Source: an uncultured Actinomycetes bacterium (GTDB lineage Bacteria > Actinomycetota > Thermoleophilia > UBA2241). From it: 64,000 nt of DNA. This document shows positions 9,408 to 19,654 of the stretch, one piece after another. How positions within the stretch are numbered: the first letter of the stretch is position 1; each line of letters starts with the position of its first letter. The notes beneath the pieces are model-generated. The model was not told where the DNA came from, did not search any database, and saw only the letters and a list, made by a program, of their open reading frames with translations. The stretch spans positions 384,001 through 448,000 of the forward strand of contig CAVRZA010000006.1 in assembly GCA_963725665.1 (NCBI GenBank), written 5' to 3'. Position numbers and translations under genes: made by a program.

Positions 9408-10664
9408 CTATCCTGTGTCCTGCGAGCCCGCGCCCTGCGCGAGCTCAGTGAAGAGGCGCAAGTAGTCGCGCAACAGTCTGGGCGTGAGGAACTCGCGGCG
9501 CACGTGCTCCTTACCCGCCAGCGCGAGGCGGCGCGATCCCGCCGGGTCTTCGAGGATCTCGAGGCACCGTTGCGCACACTCCGCGCTCGAGCTGACGAGA
9601 TACCCGGTCACGCCGTCCTCGATCTGCAATGGGATGCCGCCGACCGCCCCGGCCACCGTGGGCCGCGCCTTCCACAGCGCCTCGCTCACAGTGAGCCCGA
9701 AGCCCTCGCGCGTCGACTTCTGCACGACGACGGCCGCCTGACACTGGAAGGCGTTGATCTCGACACCGCCCACGTTGTCGAGGTTCGAGAGGATGAAGAT
9801 GTCGGGGTCGCCGCCGGCGTACTCGTGCACCCGCTCGAGATAGGTCCACCCCTCGGGGTCGTCGCTCGCCATGGAGCCCACGAGCGCGAGCTGCACCTCG
9901 GGCCGCACGCGCTTCACGGCGCGGTAGGCGTCGATGACTCCCAGCGGGTCCTTCCACGGGTCGAAGCGCGAGACCTGCAACAGGAGCGGCCGCTCTTCGT
10001 CGATGCCGAACTGATGCGTGATGTAGCGCGCGTCCTCACTTGAGAGCACCATGTTCTTGGGCGCCAGGGGATCGATCGCCGGGGGTACCTGCACGAGCGG
10101 GATGCCGATGTCGTGCGGAGCGTAGGAGAGCATCGTGTAGATGGCGCGCTCGTACTCGCGGATGAACCCCAGCAGGTAGTCGTAGAGCTTGGGGTCGGGC
10201 GTCGAGGTGTCGATGTGGCAGCGCCAGATCCAGTGCGGCGCGATGTCGGACGCGGCGAAACGGCGCACGGCCAGCGGCTGCGGGTCGTGGATTACGACGA
10301 AGTCGTAGCGGCGCGAGAGCGCCTGCGCGTTGGCGCGGCACGTCTCCTCGAAGAGGTCGCGCACCTCCGGGGTCACCTCGAAGGCCGCCCCCTGTAGCCC
10401 GTTGTGGTAGCCCTTGGTGACGTTGAAGAACTCGTTCGCAGCCGTCATGACCTGCCACTCGGCGCTCAGGCCGACGTCGCACATGAGCGGCACGAGTGCG
10501 TAGAGGATCTCGGCCACGCCGCCGCCGAACGAGGTGGCGTTCACGTGCAGCACGCGCTTGCCCTCGAGCGGTGCGGCAAGCTCCCGAATCTCGCGATAGA
10601 GGTCGCGAGGGACGATGCTCTGGTAATCGGCCAGCGACTTGCGACCGACGTTCACGTCGCGCAA
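9408..10664 (-). CDS. treT: Trehalose glycosyltransferring synthase TreT-like (GT4)
   Basis: HVNATSFGGGVAEIL, IHDPQP, WRCHID, SRFDPWKDP, QKSTREGFGLTVSEA. Confidence 0.88.
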   Translation of the reverse strand: MRDVNVGRKSLADYQSIVPRDLYREIRELAAPLEGKRVLHVNATSFGGGVAEILYALVPLMCDVGLSAEWQVMTAANEFFNVTKGYHNGLQGAAFEVTPEVRDLFEETCRANAQALSRRYDFVVIHDPQPLAVRRFAASDIAPHWIWRCHIDTSTPDPKLYDYLLGFIREYERAIYTMLSYAPHDIGIPLVQVPPAIDPLAPKNMVLSSEDARYITHQFGIDEERPLLLQVSRFDPWKDPLGVIDAYRAVKRVRPEVQLALVGSMASDDPEGWTYLERVHEYAGGDPDIFILSNLDNVGGVEINAFQCQAAVVVQKSTREGFGLTVSEALWKARPTVAGAVGGIPLQIEDGVTGYLVSSSAECAQRCLEILEDPAGSRRLALAGKEHVRREFLTPRLLRDYLRLFTELAQGAGSQDTG

Positions 10665-10867
10665 AACGAAGACCTCCGGGCGGCGGGAAGGGTCGTAGTA
10701 TTAGACCATGCCGGCACCAGGCCGGGCGAGCCCCGCCTGCGGGCGAGACCGCGGCTCCGCGTCTAGTTGGCGATGGGCAGGAGCGGATGCGCGCCGGCGG
10801 CGCGAGAATCGTCGCCCTGTCGGACAGTGGACGCTGGCGGGCGAGGACACGAGGGAGCGTGAGACGC

Positions 10868-11626
10868 ATGCGGCTGCAGAACAAGGTGTGCATCGTGACC
10901 GGCGCCGCCTCGGGAATCGGCCTGGCGACGGCGCAGCGCTTCGCGCAGAAGGGTGCCGTCGTGGTGCTGGCCGACATGCGCAGGGCGGCGGCCGCCGAGG
11001 CGGCCGCCGCCCTGCGCATGTCGGGCTTCGCCGCCGTGGAAGCCGAGGTCGACGTCGCCGACGAGAGCTCGGTGGCGGCCCTCTTCGAGGACGTCATCGA
11101 GGCGCATGGGCGCATCGACGTGCTCGTGAACTGCGCCGGCATCGAGCTCACGAAGACGGCGGCCGAGACGTCGCTTGCGGAGTGGCGGCGCGTGATCGAC
11201 GTCAACCTCACCGGCACCTTCCTCTGCTGCCGCGAAGCCGTTCGCTGCCTCGGCAAGCTCGGCGGCTGCACGATCGTCAACGTCGGATCGGAGCTGGCCA
11301 TCGTCGGGGCCTCGGAGATGGCCGCGTACTGTGCCTCGAAGGGCGGCGTGCTCCAGCTCACTCGAGCCCTCGCCATCGACCACACGCGCGACGGTTTCCG
11401 CGTCAACTGCGTCTGCCCAGGACCCGTCGCCACACCGCTCCTCGAGAGCACCATCGCGGCCTCGCGAGACCCTGGGCGCGAACGGCGCGAGATCGTCGAC
11501 GACACGCTCGTCGGTCGCGTCGGGACACCCGCTGAGATCGCCGGGGCCATCCTGTTCCTGGCCAGCGACGACTCCTCGTACGTCGTCGGCGCCAACTTGG
11601 TCGTCGACGGAGGGACGACGACGTGA
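10868..11626 (+). CDS. Short-chain dehydrogenase/reductase
   Basis: TGAASGIG, VNCAG, YCASK, VDGG. Confidence 0.93.
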   Translation: MRLQNKVCIVTGAASGIGLATAQRFAQKGAVVVLADMRRAAAAEAAAALRMSGFAAVEAEVDVADESSVAALFEDVIEAHGRIDVLVNCAGIELTKTAAETSLAEWRRVIDVNLTGTFLCCREAVRCLGKLGGCTIVNVGSELAIVGASEMAAYCASKGGVLQLTRALAIDHTRDGFRVNCVCPGPVATPLLESTIAASRDPGRERREIVDDTLVGRVGTPAEIAGAILFLASDDSSYVVGANLVVDGGTTT

Positions 11627-12441
11627 CTCGACGCCGACCGGCCGACCCTCACCCCGCCGTCGAAGGAGCCGCAGCACTGAGCACGCCGGGCGCAGAGGTC
11701 TCCGGAAGCAGCCGCGAAGCGCCGCCGCAGCGGCTCACGATCGAGAGCGACGGCCTCGCCCTGGCCGGGTTGCTCTTTGCTGCGCAGGGTCCCGTGGCCG
11801 GCGCCGTCCTCGTCTGTCACGGCGCCGGGAGCCGCAAGGAGAACCACACCGACTTCGCCGCCTACGCGGCGAGCCGCGGCCTGGCAGCCCTGGCCTTCGA
11901 CTTCAGGGGACACGGAGAGAGCGCGGGCGCAGCCGACGATGCCATGGACCGCGACGTCGTCGCCTGCGCCCGCCGCCTGATCGACGAGAGCGGAGCCCTC
12001 TGGGTGGCGGCGCGCGGCTCGAGCATGGGCGGCTACCTCGCCCTGCATGCCGCCGCCGGCTCACCGGGTCTCTTCTCAGCGGTGGTTGCCATCTGTCCGG
12101 CGAGCGAGGAGGCCATGCTCGGCGGCCTCGATGAGCTCGACGACATGGTCGCCCGCGGTGATCCCGACGCCGATGCCTATGGCCGCTACGACAGTCGGCG
12201 CATGCGCGCCTTCTACGGAGAGAACGAACTGGCACGGCGCGTGGCCGGCATGGGCAACGTCCTCCTCGTGCACTGCCGCGATGACGATCTCGTTCCTTTC
12301 GCGCACAGCCAGCGCCTGCTCGCGGTGCTTGCTCAACCGAAGCGACTGCTGGCGCTACCGTCCGGCGGCCACGGCGGGGCGCAGCACGATCCCCTCGTGC
12401 ACGAGGCCTCTATCGATTGGATCCTGAGAGCGGCCGACTAG
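11623..12441 (+). CDS. Alpha/beta hydrolase
   Basis: CHG, FDFRGHGES, GSSMGG nucleophile elbow, downstream D and GGH. Confidence 0.88.
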   Translation: MTRRRPADPHPAVEGAAALSTPGAEVSGSSREAPPQRLTIESDGLALAGLLFAAQGPVAGAVLVCHGAGSRKENHTDFAAYAASRGLAALAFDFRGHGESAGAADDAMDRDVVACARRLIDESGALWVAARGSSMGGYLALHAAAGSPGLFSAVVAICPASEEAMLGGLDELDDMVARGDPDADAYGRYDSRRMRAFYGENELARRVAGMGNVLLVHCRDDDLVPFAHSQRLLAVLAQPKRLLALPSGGHGGAQHDPLVHEASIDWILRAAD

Positions 12442-12990
12442 AAGGCTTCGCGTGACGGCGGCAGCAGCTCGCTCTGTCGCTCCGCGAGGCCCAGGCGCCG
12501 CAGTCGCAGCGACATCGCCGCCACACTGACCTCGAAACGGTCGGCGAGACGGCGCGCGTCGGCGCCGTCTTCGAGTACGGCGTGCCGCACGAGGTGTTCG
12601 GGCATGAGCAGCTCGGCGGCGAACGCGTCGGCCTCGCGCTCCCGGGCGCGCATGGCCTCGTTGACAGCCCCGCCGCGCTCGTAGCGAGCCTGCACCTGGG
12701 TGAAGCACGAAGTGGCCGATCTCGTGCGCGATCGAGAAACGGCGACGACGCTCGCCGACGTCGCTCCTCACGCTGACGGCGAAGCCGTCGCCGAGCGGCG
12801 CCAGGGCGGCCTCACACGAGAACGGCTCGCGGTCGGCCTCGACCAAGGAGAGGTTGAGGGCGCTGACGACATCGCGCAACGAGACGGGCTCGTGTGTAGC
12901 CCCCGCTGCCTCTAGCAGCCGCTCCGCCTCACGGCGGAGAGCATCGCGTGTCCGGCTCGCCATGGTCTTCATGAACTCCCTGACCAGCAT
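12438..12990 (-). CDS. ImmA/IrrE family zinc metallopeptidase, split by a +1 frameshift near 12695
   Basis: RRRFSIAHEIGH in one frame and EREADAFAAELLMP...LADRFEVS in the next; total length 3n+1. Confidence 0.82.
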
Positions 12991-13152
12991 GCTACCACCC
13001 CCCGCGAAGCCGTCGGCAAGCCCAGTATCGTTGCCCTCGAAGGACCTGTAAACGAAGAGCCGTCGCCGCGTTGGCGACACGACCGCCCAGGGCAGCCACG
13101 GCGGCGCCGGCGCGCTGCCGGTGCCCGCCTTCCGGTCCGGCACCCTGGCGGA

Positions 13153-15135
13153 CTAACCGATCCCGATCAACGCGTGATTGACGGCGCCACCCACCAGCAG
13201 AGCGAGCGCGACGGTCCCCAGGCTGATGAGCGCTGCGTTGCGCCGCCCGAGCTCGCGCGCCAGCATAGCGACCGTGGCGACACAGGGTATGTAGATCGCA
13301 CTCACGAGGGCGAAGGTCACGATCTGGTCGGCCGTCATGAACTGGCGCAGATCGCTGGCGGCGGTGCCGTAGGCGGCGACGGCGAACACGACCAGAAGTT
13401 GCAGGGCAAGCTCCTTGCGCAGCACGGCGAAGATGAGAGCGATGCCGGCGACGAGGGGCAGTCCCAGCCACCAGCCGACGACCGGCTCGAGAACGGGGCT
13501 GGCACGGAAGATGAGGCCGGTCTCGTAGAGCGCTCCGAGCGCCATGCTCCCCAGCACGATGATAGGGGCCGCCGTCCACACGAACTCGCGAAACCGGTTC
13601 CATGTCTTACGCGACACCACGCGCAGTGAGGGCCGGCGCAGCGGAAAGACCTCCATGATGAGCGCGCTCGGCTTGCCGGGCAGGAATCGGTTGAGCAGCA
13701 CCCCGGTCGCGACGCCGATGAGGAACAGCACCGCGTAGACAAACAGCGCCCACTGCCAACCCACGAGAAGCGCGACGGCGCCCATGATCACCGCTGTGCG
13801 CGCACTGCACGGCGTCAAGGTGACAAGCGTCGATGCGATCACGCGCTCGCGCATCGTGGGCAGCGCTCGCGTGCCCAGGATCGCCGGGACGTTGCATCCC
13901 GCACCGGCGACCAGCGGGATGACGGCCTGCCCGTGCAGGCCGAAGCGGTGCATCACACGATCGGTGAGGAAGGCGGCAGCATTCATGTACCCGGAGTCCT
14001 CGAGCAGGGCGAGGATGAAGTAGAAGGTGAGGATGTACGGGATGCCCACGGCGAGCGCCGCCAGGATGCCCCCGTTCAGTCCCCACAGGATGCTGCTTGA
14101 GACGACGTTGTGGCCCAGAAGACCGTACACCGCGGCCTCTATGGCCGGTCCCGGCGCGGCTTGCCAGAGGGCGGTCAGCCACGTCGAGAGGAGATCGCCA
14201 ACGACGAACAGGACGACGAACACCGCGGCAAGCACAGCGCCCAGCAGGGGAAGGCCCGTCAGCGGCGAGGTCGCGAATCGCCAGAGCCTGTCTCGACGCG
14301 CCGTCTCCGTCTGTGAGACCACGCTGCGCGCGAGCGCGCGAGCGGCGTCGTGCCGCTCGCGCGTCACGCGCAACGACCACCCGTTGCTCTCGGGTCCTTC
14401 GGGCACCGGCTCGACGGCGCAAGAGACTTCGTCGATGTGCTCCAGGAGGGCGAAAGCCACGGCACGCGGAGAGAGCCCGAAGGGCGGCGGCTCACCCGCC
14501 GGCCCCGCGAACCGCTGCTCGACCAGGGTCACTTCCTCCTCGATCTCTTCGGAGTAGCGGCGGCCTCTCCGCGGCGTGTCGGCGGGCCGCTGGGCGACCT
14601 CGAGCAGTCTCGCCTTCAGCTCCGACACTCCCTCCCCGGTCGATCCCACAGTGGGGACGACTGGTACCTCGAGCACCCTCGCCAGCGTCTCGACGTCGAT
14701 CTCCAGCGTCCGGCGCCGGGCCACGTCCATCAGGTTCAGGGCGACGACGACCGGAAAACCGAGGTCGAGCAGCTGCAGGACGATGTACAGGTTGCGGGCC
14801 ACGTTCGTGGCGTCGACCACTACCGCGACCACGTCCGGGTGATCGACCAGCAGGTGACGGCAGGTCGACCTCTGGTCGTCTCCACGTACTCCCCCGGCGC
14901 CCATGTCGTAGGTCCCGGGGAGATCGACGATCCTCATCGACCGGCCCCCCCAGAGAGCCTCCTGGGCCGTCGCGCCGACCGTCATGCCGGCGTAGTTCGC
15001 GGTCTCGACGGTCGCGCCGGTCAGCTGGTTGAAGAGGCTGGACTTGCCTACATTGGGGTTACCGGCCAGACAGACGACGAGGGAGTCCCTCGCGGTGCCC
15101 TCAGCAGTGGGAAGGGCGCAGCAGCTCCTGGCCAT
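13153..15135 (-). CDS. feoB: Ferrous iron transporter FeoB
   Basis: GNPNVGKS, DLPG, NLMD, LEDSGYM, GCNVPA, PCSAR, YIPC. Confidence 0.95.
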   Translation of the reverse strand: MARSCCALPTAEGTARDSLVVCLAGNPNVGKSSLFNQLTGATVETANYAGMTVGATAQEALWGGRSMRIVDLPGTYDMGAGGVRGDDQRSTCRHLLVDHPDVVAVVVDATNVARNLYIVLQLLDLGFPVVVALNLMDVARRRTLEIDVETLARVLEVPVVPTVGSTGEGVSELKARLLEVAQRPADTPRRGRRYSEEIEEEVTLVEQRFAGPAGEPPPFGLSPRAVAFALLEHIDEVSCAVEPVPEGPESNGWSLRVTRERHDAARALARSVVSQTETARRDRLWRFATSPLTGLPLLGAVLAAVFVVLFVVGDLLSTWLTALWQAAPGPAIEAAVYGLLGHNVVSSSILWGLNGGILAALAVGIPYILTFYFILALLEDSGYMNAAAFLTDRVMHRFGLHGQAVIPLVAGAGCNVPAILGTRALPTMRERVIASTLVTLTPCSARTAVIMGAVALLVGWQWALFVYAVLFLIGVATGVLLNRFLPGKPSALIMEVFPLRRPSLRVVSRKTWNRFREFVWTAAPIIVLGSMALGALYETGLIFRASPVLEPVVGWWLGLPLVAGIALIFAVLRKELALQLLVVFAVAAYGTAASDLRQFMTADQIVTFALVSAIYIPCVATVAMLARELGRRNAALISLGTVALALLVGGAVNHALIGIG

Positions 15136-15143
15136 CGCTGGCT

Positions 15144-15797
15144 CTACGCCTCGACGAAGATAGTGTCGCTCACCTCGCGCCCGAGCGCATACTGCGTCTC
15201 GCCCACACGCACCAGGAGGGGACCCCCAAAGGGCGCCTGACCCTCGACCAGCACCGTGGTCTCCGGCAGCAGGCCGAGCGAGGCCAGATAACGCAGGAGG
15301 TCGGGGCGCTCGTCGGCTATGCACGAGATCAGGGCGGATTGGCCGGGGGGGAGCTCGGTGAGGCGGCGAACGGCCGTCTCGGGCACGGTCCCGTCTTCGT
15401 CGGGGATGACGTGCCCGTGGGGGCAGGTGCGCGGGTTGCCGAGCTGAGCGGCGAGGCGCTCTTCGACCTCGGCGCTGAGGACGTGCTCGAACTTGCACGC
15501 CTCATCGTGGACCTGGTCCCAGGGAAGATCGAGGTAGTCGGACAAGAAGCGTTCGCTCAGCCGGTGACGACGGACGAGTCGGGCCGCCGCGGCCAGGCCG
15601 TCGGGCGTCAAGAGCACCCCGCCGGCAGCGTCACGGGCGACCAGCCCCGCCTGCTGGAGACGAGCCACCATCTGCGAGGCCGACGGGGCGGAGATCCCTA
15701 GCGCGGCGGCAAGACGGCCGATCGTGGCCGTCGACTCGCGCGACAGCTTGTAGATGGCCTCGAGGTACTCTTCCGTGCTCTGGCTGAGCTGGGGCAT
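15144..15797 (-). CDS. DtxR/MntR-family metal-dependent regulator with C-terminal FeoA-like domain
   Basis: EEYLEAIY, RRHRLSERFL, HDEACKFEH, CPHG, LGLLP...APFGGP. Confidence 0.93.
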   Translation of the reverse strand: MPQLSQSTEEYLEAIYKLSRESTATIGRLAAALGISAPSASQMVARLQQAGLVARDAAGGVLLTPDGLAAAARLVRRHRLSERFLSDYLDLPWDQVHDEACKFEHVLSAEVEERLAAQLGNPRTCPHGHVIPDEDGTVPETAVRRLTELPPGQSALISCIADERPDLLRYLASLGLLPETTVLVEGQAPFGGPLLVRVGETQYALGREVSDTIFVEA

Positions 15798-15822
15798 GTG
15801 AACTCCTTCACGCGACCTTCGT

Positions 15823-15858
15823 GTAGGTTAGCCTACTAGAATGCGTAAGGCAACCTAT
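15823..15858. promoter_or_regulatory. Putative DtxR/SirR-type operator pair upstream of dtxR-feoB
   Basis: Palindrome GTAGG-TTAG-CCTAC (15823-15836) plus related TAAGGCAACCTA in an AT-rich gap; resembles the DtxR consensus TTAGGTTAGCCTAACCTAA. Confidence 0.65.
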
Positions 15859-16024
15859 ATGAATTACGTGAGACGTATCTATCGATATCGTTTTGGCCCA
15901 ACCAGCCGCGACGGACGGTCTCACCGCCGACCGCCTGTTGGCGAACCCCCGCCGCAACTCGTCCGTGTCCCCAATAAGAAGCTCTCTGCCATCGGGCACG
16001 TCTGGAGACGGCTGCTATACTGAG

Positions 16025-17551
16025 ATGCTCATGGACCCCGAGCACACGCGGACCGGTGTGAGACGCGCGGCCTTTGCGGCCGGCGTCGTTGCGACCCTGC
16101 TTCTATGTGCTCTCACTTTCGCCGCCGTCGCCTCGTCCGTCTCATCCGGCGCCGATGCCTACGTCGCCTTCAGCGGCTCGGCCGAGGGAGCCGTCAGCGT
16201 GGCGCCTCCCGACGGCGGCGCCGGCCCGGTGACGTCGTCGCGGAGCAGCGGCGACCTCGCCTACGCCTCCGGGCAGGCGAGCGCCAGCTCCGCCATCAGC
16301 GACGGCGTGCTCGCCTCGCAGGCTGAGGTGTCTCTCGACGGAGTGAGCCTCCTCGACGGCGTTGTGCAGGCCAGCGGCATCCACCTCGTGGCGCAGGCCA
16401 AGGCGTGGGGCGACGGCGTAGTCGGATCGACCGCCGGCAGCTCGGTCAGCGGCCTCATCGTGAACGGCGAGGCCGTGGACTCCAGCCAAGGCACGGTGAC
16501 CATCGACGGTGTGGGTAGCCTCTCGATCCTCGGCCGCTCGAGCGACGGCTCCGGCGCGTCGGCGAGCGCCGACGTCGTAGGCTTGCGGCTGAGCCTTTCG
16601 GCGCCGGCCGCCGGACTTCCGGCCGGCGCCGTGATCGTCGTCGGTCACGCCTCGGCCCGCGCCGACCAGGACACGTGGCGCAGCCTCGTTCCCTCGCCCA
16701 CACCCTCGGCATCGCCCAGCCCATCGAAGTCGCCGAGGCCCTCCCCAAGCTCATCGTCGCGGCCGCGACCCACGCCGCACCCCACGAGGAGCTCGGCCGG
16801 CGCCTCGGCCTCGCCCGCGGCCGCCTTCACCCCCCTCCCGATGCCGGCGCCGGTGATCCTCGCCGACGCGGCGACGAGGTTCCCCGGCGCCGTCTTCCCG
16901 GTGCTCGGCGCCTACACCTACTCAAACGACTGGCTCGCTCCGCGCATCGGTCACCTGCACCAGGGGATCGACATCTTCGCCGCCAAAGGCACGCCGCTCG
17001 TCGCCGTGCAAGACGGCACCGTCGACACGTTGAGCGACTACGGTCTCGGCGGCATCTCGCTGCACGTCACCAACGAACGCGGCGACTACTTCTACTACGC
17101 TCACCTCTCGGGATACGCCCCGGGCGTCCAGGAGGGCATGCCGGTGCGTGCCGGCGACATCATCGGCTACGTCGGCAACACCGGCGACGCCGCGACGACA
17201 CCGCCGCACCTTCATTTCGAGATCCACCCCGCGGGCGGCCCGGCAGTCAACGCCTTCCCCTACTTGGAGGCGTGGCGGGCCCAGGCGCTGCTGAAGGCCA
17301 ACGTGTCCCAGCAGGAGCAGCCGCAGGGCGGCAACCCCGACGGCGCGGATTACTGGAAGCTGCGCAGCCGCGAGCTGGCACAGACATCGACCGAGCCGGT
17401 CCTCGTGCCGCTGCTGACGCCCCTGCATCCAGTGCACCATCACCAGCGCGGCGGAAATGCCGACCCCGTCTCGGGGCTTCCCCTCGTCATCATCAGCGCC
17501 CTGGGCACGGCGGTCCTCAAGCGCTTCCAGTGGGCGGCGCTTCTGCCCTGA
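16025..17551 (+). CDS. Exported M23 peptidase with Ser/Gly-rich N-terminal domain, Pro/Ser linker and C-terminal hydrophobic tail
   Basis: HQGIDIF, YYAHL, GYVGNTG, PHLHFEIH; N-terminal signal/TM segment. Confidence 0.88.
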   Translation: MLMDPEHTRTGVRRAAFAAGVVATLLLCALTFAAVASSVSSGADAYVAFSGSAEGAVSVAPPDGGAGPVTSSRSSGDLAYASGQASASSAISDGVLASQAEVSLDGVSLLDGVVQASGIHLVAQAKAWGDGVVGSTAGSSVSGLIVNGEAVDSSQGTVTIDGVGSLSILGRSSDGSGASASADVVGLRLSLSAPAAGLPAGAVIVVGHASARADQDTWRSLVPSPTPSASPSPSKSPRPSPSSSSRPRPTPHPTRSSAGASASPAAAFTPLPMPAPVILADAATRFPGAVFPVLGAYTYSNDWLAPRIGHLHQGIDIFAAKGTPLVAVQDGTVDTLSDYGLGGISLHVTNERGDYFYYAHLSGYAPGVQEGMPVRAGDIIGYVGNTGDAATTPPHLHFEIHPAGGPAVNAFPYLEAWRAQALLKANVSQQEQPQGGNPDGADYWKLRSRELAQTSTEPVLVPLLTPLHPVHHHQRGGNADPVSGLPLVIISALGTAVLKRFQWAALLP

Positions 17552-17591
17552 GCCGTCGGGTGGCCGAGGGAAGACTGAGGAGTGGGGGGGC

Positions 17592-17667
17592 TGGAGCGGA
17601 TGACGGGACTCGAACCCGCGGTCTTCAGCTTGGGAAGCTGACGCGTTACCAGCTACGCTACATCCGC
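17592..17667 (-). tRNA. tRNA-Gly(CCC)
   Basis: Acceptor GCGGATG/CATCCGC-T-CCA, anticodon arm TCAGC-TTCCCAA-GCTGA, GTTCGAG T-loop; 76 nt. Confidence 0.96.
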
Positions 17668-17738
17668 ATCCGGTCGCCTATCTTACACTACCCGGTCGAT
17701 ACGGCAGGCTGCGGGCCTCCGCCGAAGCCGGTCTCACT

Positions 17739-18563
17739 TCACCCGCTCGCGGCACCTGTGGCCAGGTCGACCACGGTCAGGAACGTCCGGTACACCGTAA
17801 GATAGTCGGGTGCCTCGATGTCGACGGTGCGCGCGTCGATGCGTGTCACGGCTGGGCAGCGCGAGGCGTAGTCGCAGTACTCGGTCTTCATGAAGACGAC
17901 CCGCATCGGCATGCCGTCGAAACGCAGCGGCTCGGGCCTGCGCTCAGCGCTCAGCGCCCGCTCGACGCCCTCGCGAATCCGGCGGTGAGCCTCGTCGGGC
18001 GCCAGCAGTCGCGCCGCCGTGCGCGCCACGCCCACCTTCACCGCCGCGGTCTCGATCCCGGGCACGAGCTCCGCCGCCTCGCGCGCGACCTTGTCGTCAC
18101 CGCAGACGAACACGACCGGCACGGCGAACGAGCCGGCAACGCCCCCGTTGATGCCCACCTCCCCGACCTCGAGGTGCTCGTCGAGACGGACCCTGAACAC
18201 GAAGCCGGCGTAGGTGTGGTCGATGACGGCCGCGGCGGTGCCGGCCCTGGCGTGGTAGCCGATGAAGAGCGCCGCATCGAAAGAGGCGTCGATACCGGTC
18301 ATCATGCTGAGTGGCGTGGGCGTGCCGCTGATGAGCGTGACCCCCGAGGGCAGCTCTCTGAAGCTCAGGTTGGCCATGCGGTCGTGCGCGTCGCAGACGA
18401 CGACTTCATCGGCGCCGGCCGCAACGCAGCCCGCCAGGGCGGCGTCGAGGTCGGCGCGCATGAGGCCGACGTCGCGCGCGTAAGCGGGATCGCCGAGCTC
18501 GGTCTGCTCCTCCGAGTAGATGCCGCTGATCCCCTCGAGGTCGATGCTGATGAAGACCCTCAC
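17739..18563 (-). CDS. M55 family D-aminopeptidase (DppA-like)
   Basis: FISIDLEGISG, VCDAH, FIGYHARAG, HTY, GDD; GTG overlaps the upstream stop. Confidence 0.92.
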   Translation of the reverse strand: MRVFISIDLEGISGIYSEEQTELGDPAYARDVGLMRADLDAALAGCVAAGADEVVVCDAHDRMANLSFRELPSGVTLISGTPTPLSMMTGIDASFDAALFIGYHARAGTAAAVIDHTYAGFVFRVRLDEHLEVGEVGINGGVAGSFAVPVVFVCGDDKVAREAAELVPGIETAAVKVGVARTAARLLAPDEAHRRIREGVERALSAERRPEPLRFDGMPMRVVFMKTEYCDYASRCPAVTRIDARTVDIEAPDYLTVYRTFLTVVDLATGAASG

Positions 18564-19654
18564 GACGGCCTCTCCTCCAGCGTCACGAAGTAGCCGGGTT
18601 CGTAGACCTCGCCGATCCGCCGCGCAAGGGCGGCGACCAGCTGAGCCGTCAACTCCGCGTCCTTCCCGCGCACGACCTCGAACGGCGAGTGCATGTAGCG
18701 CATGGGGACGCCCAAGTTCAGGTTGGCGACGTCGGGCCAGACCTGGAGCTCGTCGGTGTCGGTGTGTGTAGGGGCGGGGGAGGCCTTCACCTGGAGAGGG
18801 ATGCCCTCCGTCTCGGCGACCTCGCACGCCAGAGCGAAGAGCCTCTTGTTGGAGCAGCTACCGCGCAGGATGACCGGCCCCTTGCCCAACTCGCAGAGGC
18901 CGCCGCCCTTCTTGGCGTCCATCTCCGGCTGATCGGAGGCGAATTCGCCGTCCACGACGATCGTGCACTGAGGTCGCAGCCGCAGCGCCTGGCCGCGAGC
19001 ACCGAGGCAGACCGTCTCCTCGCCCACCGTGGAGAGGGCCAGCAGACCGCTCCGCCCGGGACTCTCCGCGTAGTGCTCTAGCGCGCGCACGGCGACGTAC
19101 ACCCCGACGCGGTCGTCGAGCGCCGGGCCACTGAAAGTGTCGGGTGTCAGCTCGACGAAGCTCGGGCGCACGCTGACCGGGTCGCCGGGTGAGACGCGCC
19201 CCTCAGCCTCCTGGCGGTTCGCGGCGCCGATGTCGAGCCACTGGTCCTTGAGGTCGGGGGCGTTGCGCCGTTCTTCGGTTGGGATGAGGTGAGTCGGCCG
19301 CTTGCCGCTCACGGCAGCCACGGGGCCCGCCGCGGTCTGGATAACGTACTCGCGACCTTGGGTGATGGTGGGATCCCAGCCCCCCACGGTGCGGAAGTAG
19401 ACGAAGCCCTGATCGTCGGCGTGGGTCACGGCGAACCCGATCTGGTCGGCGTGACCAGTCACCACCACCTGTGGCACGGCGCCCACGTTCACCTCCCCGA
19501 GGACGTCGCCGAAGGCGTCGACCTCGGGGGTGGTGATCCGGCTCAGACGGTCGCGGACGATCCTCTGCACCGGCTCCTCGTAGCCGCTGACCCCGGGGGC
19601 GGTGGAAAGATCGCGCAGGAAGTCCACATCGACGGCCACAGAACTCCTCCTCAT
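18560..19654 (-). CDS. M42 family aminopeptidase
   Basis: GVSGYE, GHADQIG, ALDDRVG, GEE, TDTD, RYMHSPFE. Confidence 0.9.
   Translation of the reverse strand: MRRSSVAVDVDFLRDLSTAPGVSGYEEPVQRIVRDRLSRITTPEVDAFGDVLGEVNVGAVPQVVVTGHADQIGFAVTHADDQGFVYFRTVGGWDPTITQGREYVIQTAAGPVAAVSGKRPTHLIPTEERRNAPDLKDQWLDIGAANRQEAEGRVSPGDPVSVRPSFVELTPDTFSGPALDDRVGVYVAVRALEHYAESPGRSGLLALSTVGEETVCLGARGQALRLRPQCTIVVDGEFASDQPEMDAKKGGGLCELGKGPVILRGSCSNKRLFALACEVAETEGIPLQVKASPAPTHTDTDELQVWPDVANLNLGVPMRYMHSPFEVVRGKDAELTAQLVAALARRIGEVYEPGYFVTLEERPS

Noticed and set aside
17592-17667. tRNA-Gly as a +1 frameshift suppressor explaining GGG-C in ftsH
   Set aside because: The anticodon loop is a normal 7 nt (TTCCCAA), and the other shift sites share no GGGN context.
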